Assembly: GCA_964553075.1 (NCBI GenBank) | Contig: CAZKJP010000001.1 | Location: 6,339-70,338, forward strand | Direction of reading: 5' to 3' | Length of the DNA: 64,000 bases | Source of the DNA: an uncultured Sangeribacter sp. | GTDB lineage: Bacteria; Bacteroidota; Bacteroidia; Bacteroidales; Muribaculaceae | In this document: positions 19,298-28,174 of the stretch, in pieces | Layout: each line of letters opens with the position of its first letter | Position numbering within the stretch: the first letter of the stretch is position 1 | The notes under the pieces: model-generated | What the model was told of the DNA's origin: nothing | Database searches by the model: none | What the model saw: the letters and a program-made list of their open reading frames with translations, nothing else | Position numbers and translations under genes: made by a program

Positions 19298-19733
19298 AAT
19301 TCTTTAATTAAATGTGTTGAACTGCTCCATTCATAATTTTTAGAAAACTACCAATGATTGCCATAGGCAACTGGCAAATTCCTATATTTTATGGCATGGT
19401 ATAATGTTGTGGGGAGATTGCTATTTAACAAGGAGAGATGTGTAAACTCGACTTCCGGAAAAACTTAATGGCATTCCGCATAGCATTATACCGGTCTAAC
19501 ATATCGTTTTGTCAATGGTTCACCGCTATCTCTAATAAATCGAAAAATTAATACTTTTTTACAATTCTGCATATTGAGAAGACTTCTAATATGACGTTAA
19601 AAGGCGAAATCAACCTATTATATGGTAAAACTTTGCATCCGTAACGAACTGTTTTATATTTATAAACGTTGAAAAAACGTGTAAGCTTTTTCTTATAGAT
19701 TTCCGATAGGTTTCACTTAAAAAAGATACCCCC

Positions 19734-21047
19734 ATGAAATATGTTGATTCCGGCTATGGGAAGATACCTTTTCTTTCATTGTTGGCCATTCTATCTATTT
19801 CGTTGACGGTGAATCTTCCCGGACTTGCCATTTCCCCAATCATGGGTAAATTGGATCAGGTATTTCATCATGTGACTGAACTGGAGATACAGCTGCTGAC
19901 TGTCCTTCCTAATTTGGTCACTATACCTTTTATATTATGTTCGGGTAAGATTTGCACTCAAAAAAATCAGATTTTCATACTTGGTATTGGGTTGGCGCTT
20001 TATACCCTTACCGGAGTGCTCTACTTCTTTGCAACTTCGATAGTGGAATTGATTCTTCTCAGCTGTTTGCTCGGCATCGGCTGCGGTCTTGTGATTCCAT
20101 TGGCCGCCAGTTTGATTTCCCAGTATTTTACAGGTAAAGCGCGTACCAAACAACTTGGTATGAAGTCATCCCTCTCTAACTTCACTGTTATTTTCGCTAC
20201 CTTGTTCGTTGGATGGATGGCTTCTATTAATTGGCATTTGTCATTTATAGTTTATCTGGTGCCTATAATCCCATTGGCTATGATACCTTTTATGACAGAT
20301 GGTTTTATCAAGAAGCATACTGTATATGACAGTACTGAGGTAATTGCTCCGCATCAGGAAAAAGATGTAGCTACTTCAGCTGTTTCCGATTCCCACAAAC
20401 CTACTTCTCCCAATTTCCATTTCAATGGAAAGCAGGCTTTGAAGTTGTTGATTGGAATTATGATTTTCTACTTCCTTATTACCTACGGTACAGAGGTTGT
20501 CAGCTATTATCTTCCATTCTCGATGGAACACTATAAGTTGTCTACGGGTGATGTAGGAGTAGCAACGGCCATGTTCTTTGCAGCAGCTACCATCTCCGGT
20601 TTCCTTCTTACAAGGATCATTGCCAGACTGCGTCAGAAAACAGTGCAAGTAGCTCTCGCCTTATGCGTAGCCGGATTGCTGATTGTGGGCATCTTGCATT
20701 TCTACTGGTCATTTATTTTAGGTGTGTTTATAATGGGGCTTGGATATGGAGTTGTTCAACCTGTGTTATATGATAAAACTTCATATATTGCTCCTACTCC
20801 GGCTAAGTCAACCGCCTATTTCTCCTATCTGCTGACTTGTAACTATATCGGTATATCTTGTGTGCCGTTTATAGTTGGAGCTGCCAAGAAGTTATTTGAT
20901 GCAGAGGCAGATCCTAACTTCTCCTTTATCTTCAATGCATGTGTCTTGGCTTTGGTATTAGGATTGGCAATCTGGAAACGCCGCAGCTTCATATTCGAAG
21001 CTGATGATACCTTCGCTTCAACTAAAAAGGTTGAGGAAGCTAAGTAA
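19734..21047 (+). CDS. MFS transporter (paralog of 16509..17894)
   Basis: About 12 TM helices and SGYG...LPGLAISPIMG. Divergent from the porin. Confidence 0.85.
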   Translation: MKYVDSGYGKIPFLSLLAILSISLTVNLPGLAISPIMGKLDQVFHHVTELEIQLLTVLPNLVTIPFILCSGKICTQKNQIFILGIGLALYTLTGVLYFFATSIVELILLSCLLGIGCGLVIPLAASLISQYFTGKARTKQLGMKSSLSNFTVIFATLFVGWMASINWHLSFIVYLVPIIPLAMIPFMTDGFIKKHTVYDSTEVIAPHQEKDVATSAVSDSHKPTSPNFHFNGKQALKLLIGIMIFYFLITYGTEVVSYYLPFSMEHYKLSTGDVGVATAMFFAAATISGFLLTRIIARLRQKTVQVALALCVAGLLIVGILHFYWSFILGVFIMGLGYGVVQPVLYDKTSYIAPTPAKSTAYFSYLLTCNYIGISCVPFIVGAAKKLFDAEADPNFSFIFNACVLALVLGLAIWKRRSFIFEADDTFASTKKVEEAK

Positions 21048-21061
21048 TAAGACAACGGAAT

Positions 21062-21106
21062 AAAAAAAGCTGGGAAGATCTCTTATGGAGCTTTCCAGCT
21101 TTTTTT
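21062..21106. terminator. Bidirectional intrinsic terminator
   Basis: AAAAAAAGCTGGGAAG...CTTTCCAGCTTTTTTT, between the convergent MFS and miaA genes. Confidence 0.85.
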
Positions 21107-21207
21107 AGACCCCGTCTCATAATAATTAAGAGGCAATGGGACGCGTCTTAATAGAGGCACTGGGACGGGTTTTAATACCATATCTCTTAAATCATATTAG
21201 GGGCTAA
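21105..21207. repeat. Cluster of palindromic repeats: one full copy, one tandem half copy and one inverted decayed copy
   Basis: TTAGACCCCGTCTCATAATAATTAAGAGGCAATGGGACGCGTCTTAA (21105-21151), TAGAGGCACTGGGACGGGTTTTAA (21152-21175) and TACCATATCTCTTAAATCATATTAGGGGCTAA (21176-21207, contains the miaA stop). Confidence 0.88.
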
Positions 21208-22187
21208 GATTTCTCAAGTTCGAGTGATAAGACCGTATTCAGAAACTCTGTGGAAGGCAGATCATAGGGTAACCAGTGAATCTTGAAACCTCGTCGTTCC
21301 ATTCCTCGAAACCATGTCATCTGCCGTTTGGCAAACTGGTGAATGGCTATCTCCAGTTCTTTTTTCATTTCATCAAAAGTCTTCTCCCCTATTACAAATT
21401 GGGTCACGTATTTATATTCCAATCCATAATATATGAGATTTTCGGGTGGTATACCTTTTTCTATCAGACCGACTATCTCCTCTACCATTCCCTCTTTTAA
21501 TCTTGCCTCGAGACGTTCGGAAATTCTACTCCGTCTCTCTTCGCGTGGGATGTCTAATCCTATTATTAGCGAATCAAGCTTATCGGCAGAACTAATCTTA
21601 GATTTTTCGGCCTCTTCGGGATGTTCCAGGTAATACTGCTCTATCTCTATTGCCCTGATTGCCCTCTTTGCCGTATCGATGTCCGTTTTGTTGTGGAGCC
21701 TCTTCATGCCTCTGAGTATCTCCGTAAGCTCATTCAAGGATTTACTTTCCAATTCCTTTCTTAGGACTGGGTTTTCAGGAACTTCCGGAAGTACCAATCC
21801 ATTTAGGGCAGCTTCTATATACATACCGGTACCTCCACATAGAATTGGCAACTTACCTCTGCTTTCAATATCTGTTTTGGCGATCTTGAAATCGGACAAA
21901 AATTGATGCAGATCATACTTATCTCCAGCAGGACGAATATCAAGAAGGTGAGCACGGATTTCTCCATACTCACCTATATCTTTTCCGGTTCCGATATCCA
22001 TGCCGGTATAAACCTGCCGGGAATCACCCGAAATGATCTCTCCGTCAAAAGCCCTTGCGAGCTCCACTGCACGCCGGGTCTTTCCGCAAGCTGTCGGACC
22101 AATAATAGTAATCATCCTTCCGGCTTGCAACGGATGAGTCTTAGACCCGGTCTCATTAATTTTAAGAGGCTCTGGGGTCTTATTCAT
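21204..22187 (-). CDS. miaA: tRNA dimethylallyltransferase
   Basis: GPTACGKT, DSRQVYTGMDIGTGK, GGTGMY and FAKRQMTWFR. Alternative start at 22115 (MITIIG). Confidence 0.95.
   Translation of the reverse strand: MNKTPEPLKINETGSKTHPLQAGRMITIIGPTACGKTRRAVELARAFDGEIISGDSRQVYTGMDIGTGKDIGEYGEIRAHLLDIRPAGDKYDLHQFLSDFKIAKTDIESRGKLPILCGGTGMYIEAALNGLVLPEVPENPVLRKELESKSLNELTEILRGMKRLHNKTDIDTAKRAIRAIEIEQYYLEHPEEAEKSKISSADKLDSLIIGLDIPREERRSRISERLEARLKEGMVEEIVGLIEKGIPPENLIYYGLEYKYVTQFVIGEKTFDEMKKELEIAIHQFAKRQMTWFRGMERRGFKIHWLPYDLPSTEFLNTVLSLELEKS
22141..22182. repeat. 42-bp palindromic repeat in the miaA 5' region
   Basis: TTAGACCCGGTCTCATTAATTTTAAGAGGCTCTGGGGTCTTA. On the - strand it begins with the upstream gene's TAA and reads KTPEPLKINETGSK in the miaA frame. 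Confidence 0.9.
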
Positions 22188-23598
22188 GTCTATGCTCTTT
22201 GGTTATTGAAGTGTTTTTATTTATAGAACGCCGTTTGCTAATCTTCAGCTGCTTTCCTATAAATAATTGCCAGAATCTTTTCAGCTTATAGAATGGAGTA
22301 TCTTCGTTAAATTCAGACACTGCGATCCATTTATCATCCTGGAAATCCATTTTGGCATGTCTGAGGTCCGACATGTGAAAAGTAGGACGATAAGATCGGA
22401 TGTTGTTCAGACGCCTTCCTTCAGAGTCGTACATCTTGGAAGTGATCATGATTGTAGCCAAACGGATAAGATCCGCCGTCATCAATGGGGCGATGTTTTT
22501 TACATCCTTATCATATACCTTCTTAAGATCCTTGAAATCCATCCATTCTCCAGGTACTTTGATGCTCTCACAATCCTTGGCTTTCCCATCTATAAAATAA
22601 AAATACCGAAGTAGCGAGCGCTCGCTGTTGTGGTTCATCTTCCGTCCATAGAAGAATCTAAGTTCGCCTCCATGCAAACCATAAGACTGCTCGATCATTT
22701 CCTTGACCTCACTGTCGCTCATACCATTAACGTTCCTCTTGGATTGAAAAGGAGTGTCTATCACATCTCGATCCAGAACCAGAGGATCGAGAGTACGTGG
22801 ATCCACATAAATGGCATCGTCGCAAAGGACATAGAGTCTGACATAGGTACGGGCAGAAATATTGCTGATTTCTTCCGTAGTAGCTATCTCATCACAGTTA
22901 CGCAGTATCTCAAAGATGTTTACATATCGATAGATGAAATAGATCTCATCGCAAAGGAATACGATAAGCACCATCCAGATGAAAACGTAATTGTCTCGGT
23001 CGTTCTGATTAACGTTTGAATAGACCGTCAGGAAGTAGGTCCATACCATAACGGAAAGAAGACCGAACACTGCAAGTAGGTTATATATTTGGACTCTCGC
23101 TTCTTTCTCAAACAGTCTGCTCGAAAGGGAACGCTCTACCCCACTGTTCTTACGGTGAGGACAAGAAGCGCATATCCAGATTTTACGCCCTCTCAATACC
23201 ATCAGCAAGACGGTGAAGAAACTACAGGGTAGCAACAAGAGAGTGATCAGATATGGATAATTAAAGAAGATAAGCTCCGACGGCACTATTATTATCCCCC
23301 AGGCATAAAGCACATTTATTGTGATCCCGACTACGCAGTAGCATATCACGCAATAAAAAAGGCAATAGGAAACCAAGTGACAACTTATATCGATCCCTTT
23401 AGGGTCATTCTCGTTATGAGACTGAAAAAAGAGAGATCTATAATAGATCAGAGCCACTCCTAATGCTAAGACCGGAGCCAAGTAAAAAGGCAATATCTTG
23501 GTACATGCTATCAGAAGCATGAACATCAAGAGCCCAAATGAAAGATTTCTCCATAACAGGTAAACCTGATTGCCGGAGATCTTATGTAATTGATCCAT
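22180..23598 (-). CDS. Hypothetical membrane protein (about 6 TM helices, CxxC, soluble C-terminal domain, possibly degenerate Nudix-like)
   Basis: 472-aa ORF tightly packed in an operon, hydrophobic N-terminal half and CASC motif. The Nudix-like fold is a guess. Confidence 0.7.
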   Translation of the reverse strand: MDQLHKISGNQVYLLWRNLSFGLLMFMLLIACTKILPFYLAPVLALGVALIYYRSLFFQSHNENDPKGIDISCHLVSYCLFYCVICYCVVGITINVLYAWGIIIVPSELIFFNYPYLITLLLLPCSFFTVLLMVLRGRKIWICASCPHRKNSGVERSLSSRLFEKEARVQIYNLLAVFGLLSVMVWTYFLTVYSNVNQNDRDNYVFIWMVLIVFLCDEIYFIYRYVNIFEILRNCDEIATTEEISNISARTYVRLYVLCDDAIYVDPRTLDPLVLDRDVIDTPFQSKRNVNGMSDSEVKEMIEQSYGLHGGELRFFYGRKMNHNSERSLLRYFYFIDGKAKDCESIKVPGEWMDFKDLKKVYDKDVKNIAPLMTADLIRLATIMITSKMYDSEGRRLNNIRSYRPTFHMSDLRHAKMDFQDDKWIAVSEFNEDTPFYKLKRFWQLFIGKQLKISKRRSINKNTSITKEHRHE

Positions 23599-23599
23599 A

Positions 23600-25786
23600 T
23601 TATTTCAAATTATTATTGAGGAAGTCAAGGATTTTCCCATACAGCATCTCGCGGGCATTACACATTCTTAAGGAATGTTCGAAGCCTGCCAGCGCCATCA
23701 TATCGAAAACCTTTCCCTCATAGTTTGCCTTAGTTGCGAATTTCAATGTGTTATAGAAATGCACATTGTCATCGCTCGTACCGGACATAAGAAGCAATCG
23801 GCCTTGTAGATTCTTGGTCCGAGATAAAGTCGATGATGCTTCATAGCCTTCCGCGTTCTGTTGAGGGGTCAGCATATAGCGTTCGGTATATATTGAATCA
23901 TAGAATCTCCAATCCGTTACTGAAGCCATTGCAACACCTGCTTTAAAAGGACTTCCGGGCTGGGTCATCTCACGCAAGGTCATGTATCCGCCATAGCTCC
24001 ATCCGAAACATCCAACTCTTTGCGGATCTATTCCACCAAGTGCTATGATCTCCTTTGTACCGGCTATCTGGTCTAAGGTTTCATAGTGACCTAAATTCTT
24101 ATAGACTGCATCACTCCAGGACCGGGAACGACCACCGGTTCCACGACCGTCAACGGTTGCCACTACATAACCCTGACTTGCAAGGTATGTCTCGCCGGTA
24201 AGCTTCCAACGGTTCAGCACTTCCTGAGATTCCGGTCCATTATATTGGTACATTAATAAAGGAAGCTTTTCGTCAGCTCGGGCATTGCGTGGACGCATCA
24301 CCGAAGCGTTCATCTCCTGACCGTCAGCGTTCTTGACCTTTATGAATTCTCTTGTTGGAATGTCAGCGTATTTTGCGGCGTAAACTTCGTTGAGTTCAAC
24401 ATCTTTAAGCTTTTTACCGGCAACGCTCCATAAGGTGTATTGAGGAGGAACCGTAGAGCAACTCCAATTCCTAAGATAATACTCGCACCCGTTGCTGAAA
24501 GTTGCACTTTCACAACCCTCCTTGTCATGGAGAATCCTGACTACACCTTTACCATCTACGGAAGAAAGTACCCTGTTGATTGCCCCTTTTTGGGTTGTCT
24601 GGATATAGTGAGTATTCAGCCGCTGATTGAATCCGTAATAAGCGGTTACATTATACTCACCGGAGGTAATCTGTCTTTTTAACTGACCATTGTATCCATA
24701 TTCGTAGAGGTGTCTCCAGCCACTCCGGTCGCTCCCTATTATAAAACTATCCTTCAGGAAGCTTACCATCTGATAGGCAGATGGAGAAAGCCATGCTTTT
24801 CCCTTTTCCTCCATTACCTGTTTCGCAACCGTAGAAGCCGGATTAACATTGAATAGCCTCAAATGATTCTGATCCCGGTTAAGAATCATTATCATAAGCC
24901 GCTCGCCGGAACCATCAAAACAGATAGAAGGTATGTAATCGGATTCTACCAAGGGCAGATCCATCTTCTTGATTTTCCTGGTCTCAATATCATAGACATG
25001 GGCGCTGACTATGGAATTAGGATAGCCGGCCAAAGGATATTTGTAACTGTAAGCCTCCGGATAAACGTCTCCTAAAAAATCACCTTCGCAATAGGACCGG
25101 TACTGATCGAACTGATACATTGGAACCTTGGACTCATCAAATCTAAGGAAAGCCAGACATTGATCGTCTCCACTCCAGCACAACGTATTGTCGACTCCGA
25201 ACTCTTCCTCATATCCCCAGTCGGGAGCTCCATTGATGATACTGTTGATAGCTCCATCTTTTGTGACTTGGACATCTGTCCCATATTCCAGATTGGCAAC
25301 GAAGATATTATTCTCCCTTACGTATGCTACCATCCTTCCGTCATGACTGATTGTACCGCAACGTTGGGGTCCTCCTTCGGAAACCTTTGCTAAAGTTTGC
25401 CGCATGATATCATATACATAATACTCGGCAGTAAAGCTTCGGCGGTAAATTTGTTTGGAGCCGGTCCATAACAAAATTTTCTTCTCGTTAGCCGAAATTG
25501 CGAAACCATCGAATTGATCAATCTTAACTGAACCTTTAATAGTTTTCAGGTTCAGCAGTTCTCCGGTCTTGGTTCCGGTTTTGTAGCTGAAAGTCTCAAT
25601 AGCTGAGCCGTCATTGCTGACAGCAGCGTATGAGGTACCGTCAGCCAAAGGAGTCGATTCCTTGACTGATGCCGGAGCGGTTAGTTTGACATCACAGTAA
25701 TCTGCAGCTGTCAAAACTGCTCCGGATGATGTCTCAATACCGAAACTTACAGCAGATAAAAGGAGATATATAGGTAGTTTCTTCAT
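23600..25786 (-). CDS. Dipeptidyl peptidase IV family (S9B)
   Basis: Signal peptide, DWGYEEE, GWSYGG, DDNVH and terminal His. Confidence 0.93.
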   Translation of the reverse strand: MKKLPIYLLLSAVSFGIETSSGAVLTAADYCDVKLTAPASVKESTPLADGTSYAAVSNDGSAIETFSYKTGTKTGELLNLKTIKGSVKIDQFDGFAISANEKKILLWTGSKQIYRRSFTAEYYVYDIMRQTLAKVSEGGPQRCGTISHDGRMVAYVRENNIFVANLEYGTDVQVTKDGAINSIINGAPDWGYEEEFGVDNTLCWSGDDQCLAFLRFDESKVPMYQFDQYRSYCEGDFLGDVYPEAYSYKYPLAGYPNSIVSAHVYDIETRKIKKMDLPLVESDYIPSICFDGSGERLMIMILNRDQNHLRLFNVNPASTVAKQVMEEKGKAWLSPSAYQMVSFLKDSFIIGSDRSGWRHLYEYGYNGQLKRQITSGEYNVTAYYGFNQRLNTHYIQTTQKGAINRVLSSVDGKGVVRILHDKEGCESATFSNGCEYYLRNWSCSTVPPQYTLWSVAGKKLKDVELNEVYAAKYADIPTREFIKVKNADGQEMNASVMRPRNARADEKLPLLMYQYNGPESQEVLNRWKLTGETYLASQGYVVATVDGRGTGGRSRSWSDAVYKNLGHYETLDQIAGTKEIIALGGIDPQRVGCFGWSYGGYMTLREMTQPGSPFKAGVAMASVTDWRFYDSIYTERYMLTPQQNAEGYEASSTLSRTKNLQGRLLLMSGTSDDNVHFYNTLKFATKANYEGKVFDMMALAGFEHSLRMCNAREMLYGKILDFLNNNLK

Positions 25787-25818
25787 GATTAAGGTCAGTT
25801 TCTTTGCTCGAAGAGTAA

Positions 25819-25908
25819 TTAGCCGAAAGAGAGAAAAACCGAGGAGGAAAGGAGATTCCCAGGATGGAAAGAGTTCCCAAAAGGGAAGGAGAGACTGAGG
25901 AGAGAGGA
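25819..25908. repeat. Degenerate 9-nt-period purine/pyrimidine-skewed intergenic array
   Basis: - strand: CCTCTCTCC TCAGTCTCT CCTTCCCTT TTGGGAACT CTTTCCATC CTGGGAATC TCCTTTCCT CCTCGGTTT TTCTCTCTT TCGGCTAAT. Confidence 0.55.
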
Positions 25909-25915
25909 TGTATAA

Positions 25916-27397
25916 TCAATAGCTACGGGCAAAAATCACACGGCAAGCTGAGGGTTTGCCGGTAACCATGCACTTACCCGGAGTCTTGTCACCGTCCAGA
26001 GGAATACAACGGATAGTAGCTTTAGTCTCCTCTTTGATCTTTTCCTCGGTTTCCGGGGTACCATCCCAGTGTGCCAGGATAAAGCCGCCTTTCTCAATCT
26101 GTTCCTTGAACTCATCATAAGTATCGACTTCTACCGTCATCTCGTCACGGTACTTGCGGGCTTTCCTTAGAAGATTAGACTGAATGTCTTCAAGCAACTC
26201 GACTATCTTGGTATCTATCCCTTCCAAAGGCAAGGTTTCCTTTTCCAGGGTATCGCGCCTCATAACCTCAACCGTTCCTTCCTCAAGGTCTCGCTGGCCG
26301 ATAGCAAGTCTAACAGGCACGCCCTTGACCTCATAGTCGGCGAACTTGAAGCCCGGACGCCTGTTGTCTGCATCATCGTATTTGACGCTGATGTTCATTG
26401 CCTTCAGTTTCTCTACGATTGGATCGACCTTCTCAGAGATTTTCTTCAATCCTTCAGCATCTTTATAGATGGGGACGATAACAACTTGAATCGGTGCCAA
26501 CTTCGGAGGTAGTACGAGTCCATTGTCGTCACTATGTGTCATGATCAAGGCTCCCATTAAGCGGGTTGATACGCCCCAAGAGGTTGCCCAGACGTACTCT
26601 TGCTCATTGTTCTTATTGATGAATTTCACATCGAAAGCCTTTGCGAAGTTCTGTCCTAAGAAATGGCTGGTTCCGGATTGCAAAGCCTTTCCGTCCTGCA
26701 TCATAGCTTCGATGGTAAAAGTATCTAAGGCTCCTGCGAAGCGTTCGTTAGGACTCTTCACTCCCTTGATTACCGGAATGGCCATGTAGTTCTCTGCGAA
26801 GTCTGCGTATACATTGAGCATCTTCATTACCTCAGCCAGGGCTTCTTCCTTGGTAGCATGGGCAGTATGGCCCTCTTGCCAGAGGAATTCAGCCGTTCTG
26901 AGGAACATCCTTGTTCTCATTTCCCAGCGTAATACATTCGCCCACTGGTTAACAAGAATAGGCAGATCCCGATAGGAATGTATCCAGTTCTTATAAGTGT
27001 TCCAGATTATAGTCTCCGAAGTCGGACGAATAATTAGCTCTTCTTCAAGTTTGGCTTCGGGGTCGACGATGATGCCTTTTCCCTCCGGATCGTTCTTAAG
27101 GCGGTAATGGGTTACTACCGCACATTCCTTAGCAAATCCCTCTACATGGTCTGCCTCGCGGCTTAGGAAGGATTTTGGGATAAGAAGGGGGAAATAGGCG
27201 TTCTGATGACCGGTAGCTTTAAACATATCATCAAGATACCTCTGCATCTTTTCCCATATTGCATAGCCGTAGGGTTTAATGACCATACAGCCACGCACGG
27301 CAGACTGTTCGGCCAAATCGGCCTTCACTACCAGTTCATTATACCATTGAGAGTAGTTATCACTCCTTTTTGTAAAATTCTTAAGTTCTTTTGCCAT
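25916..27397 (-). CDS. proS: Proline--tRNA ligase (archaeal/eukaryote type)
   Basis: [28 protein letters not shown] and C-terminal FARSY. Confidence 0.97.
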   Translation of the reverse strand: MAKELKNFTKRSDNYSQWYNELVVKADLAEQSAVRGCMVIKPYGYAIWEKMQRYLDDMFKATGHQNAYFPLLIPKSFLSREADHVEGFAKECAVVTHYRLKNDPEGKGIIVDPEAKLEEELIIRPTSETIIWNTYKNWIHSYRDLPILVNQWANVLRWEMRTRMFLRTAEFLWQEGHTAHATKEEALAEVMKMLNVYADFAENYMAIPVIKGVKSPNERFAGALDTFTIEAMMQDGKALQSGTSHFLGQNFAKAFDVKFINKNNEQEYVWATSWGVSTRLMGALIMTHSDDNGLVLPPKLAPIQVVIVPIYKDAEGLKKISEKVDPIVEKLKAMNISVKYDDADNRRPGFKFADYEVKGVPVRLAIGQRDLEEGTVEVMRRDTLEKETLPLEGIDTKIVELLEDIQSNLLRKARKYRDEMTVEVDTYDEFKEQIEKGGFILAHWDGTPETEEKIKEETKATIRCIPLDGDKTPGKCMVTGKPSACRVIFARSY

Positions 27398-27484
27398 ATA
27401 TGTCAGGCTATCGCCCTTATTAGATTAATTAGTTGAATAGGTCTGATTTCTGCTTAATGGAAGTAGATGATTACCTTAGACCTG

Positions 27485-27955
27485 TTAACGGAAACGATCT
27501 GCAGCGGCTATCTTACGTTTATCAGCTCCGATACGCTGCCATGCCATGATTTCTGCCACAAGAGCCAAAAGCGGAGCACATGAGATCTGCGTCCATACTA
27601 CCGAGGCTCCGTCTGCGAAATTATATGCATGTACTACAGCTATGGCGCAAGATGTAATGCAGAACAGTATGCTGACTAAGGCGACACGCATTTGAAGGCG
27701 AAGGTTCCTGTAAAGGAAGATATCGATCAATGGGAGTATCGCTGAAGTAATCGTCATTATGAACAATGTCCATGAATGAGCTGCATAACCTGTAGGAGCC
27801 CCATCGGTAGCTTCTCCGTAATATGAGAAACCGAGGGCGTTGAATTGATAAGTAAAATCAGTCGCGCTAATTGTCGCGAGGGTCTTGAAGGAGGCCAATC
27901 CCATCATTACCACCGCTACCAGCAATAATACTGATTGCCATCTTTGAATTACCAT
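27485..27955 (-). CDS. DUF4293 family membrane protein
   Basis: MVIQRWQSVLLL N-terminus, four TM helices and C-terminal D...ADRFR. Confidence 0.85.
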   Translation of the reverse strand: MVIQRWQSVLLLVAVVMMGLASFKTLATISATDFTYQFNALGFSYYGEATDGAPTGYAAHSWTLFIMTITSAILPLIDIFLYRNLRLQMRVALVSILFCITSCAIAVVHAYNFADGASVVWTQISCAPLLALVAEIMAWQRIGADKRKIAAADRFR

Positions 27956-28079
27956 ATTCCTATTAATTGTCTTATTTCCGGAGTTATTTTTATAAAAATT
28001 TTATTTGCTTCATCATTAGCTTTCGCTATGATGCTCCACGAAGGAATAAAATTATAGGTATTAACGGGCATACCTTTTG

Positions 28080-28128
28080 CAAAATTAAGCAATAATTCCT
28101 ATATCTTCCTCTTTTTTTACTAATTTTG
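28080..28128. promoter_or_regulatory. Back-to-back Bacteroidetes -7 elements (DUF4293-proS operon and lon)
   Basis: CAAAATTA at 28080-28087 (TAATTTTG on the - strand) and TAATTTTG at 28121-28128 (+). Confidence 0.7.
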
Positions 28129-28174
28129 TGTCCTCATTACCATAATTTTTAGGTGAAACTTAACTGAAAGAGAG

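Noticed and set aside
25734-25919. 61-aa ORF across the proS-DPP-IV gap
   Set aside because: An open frame is expected in an A-poor 9-mer-like tract, and it overlaps the peptidase start.
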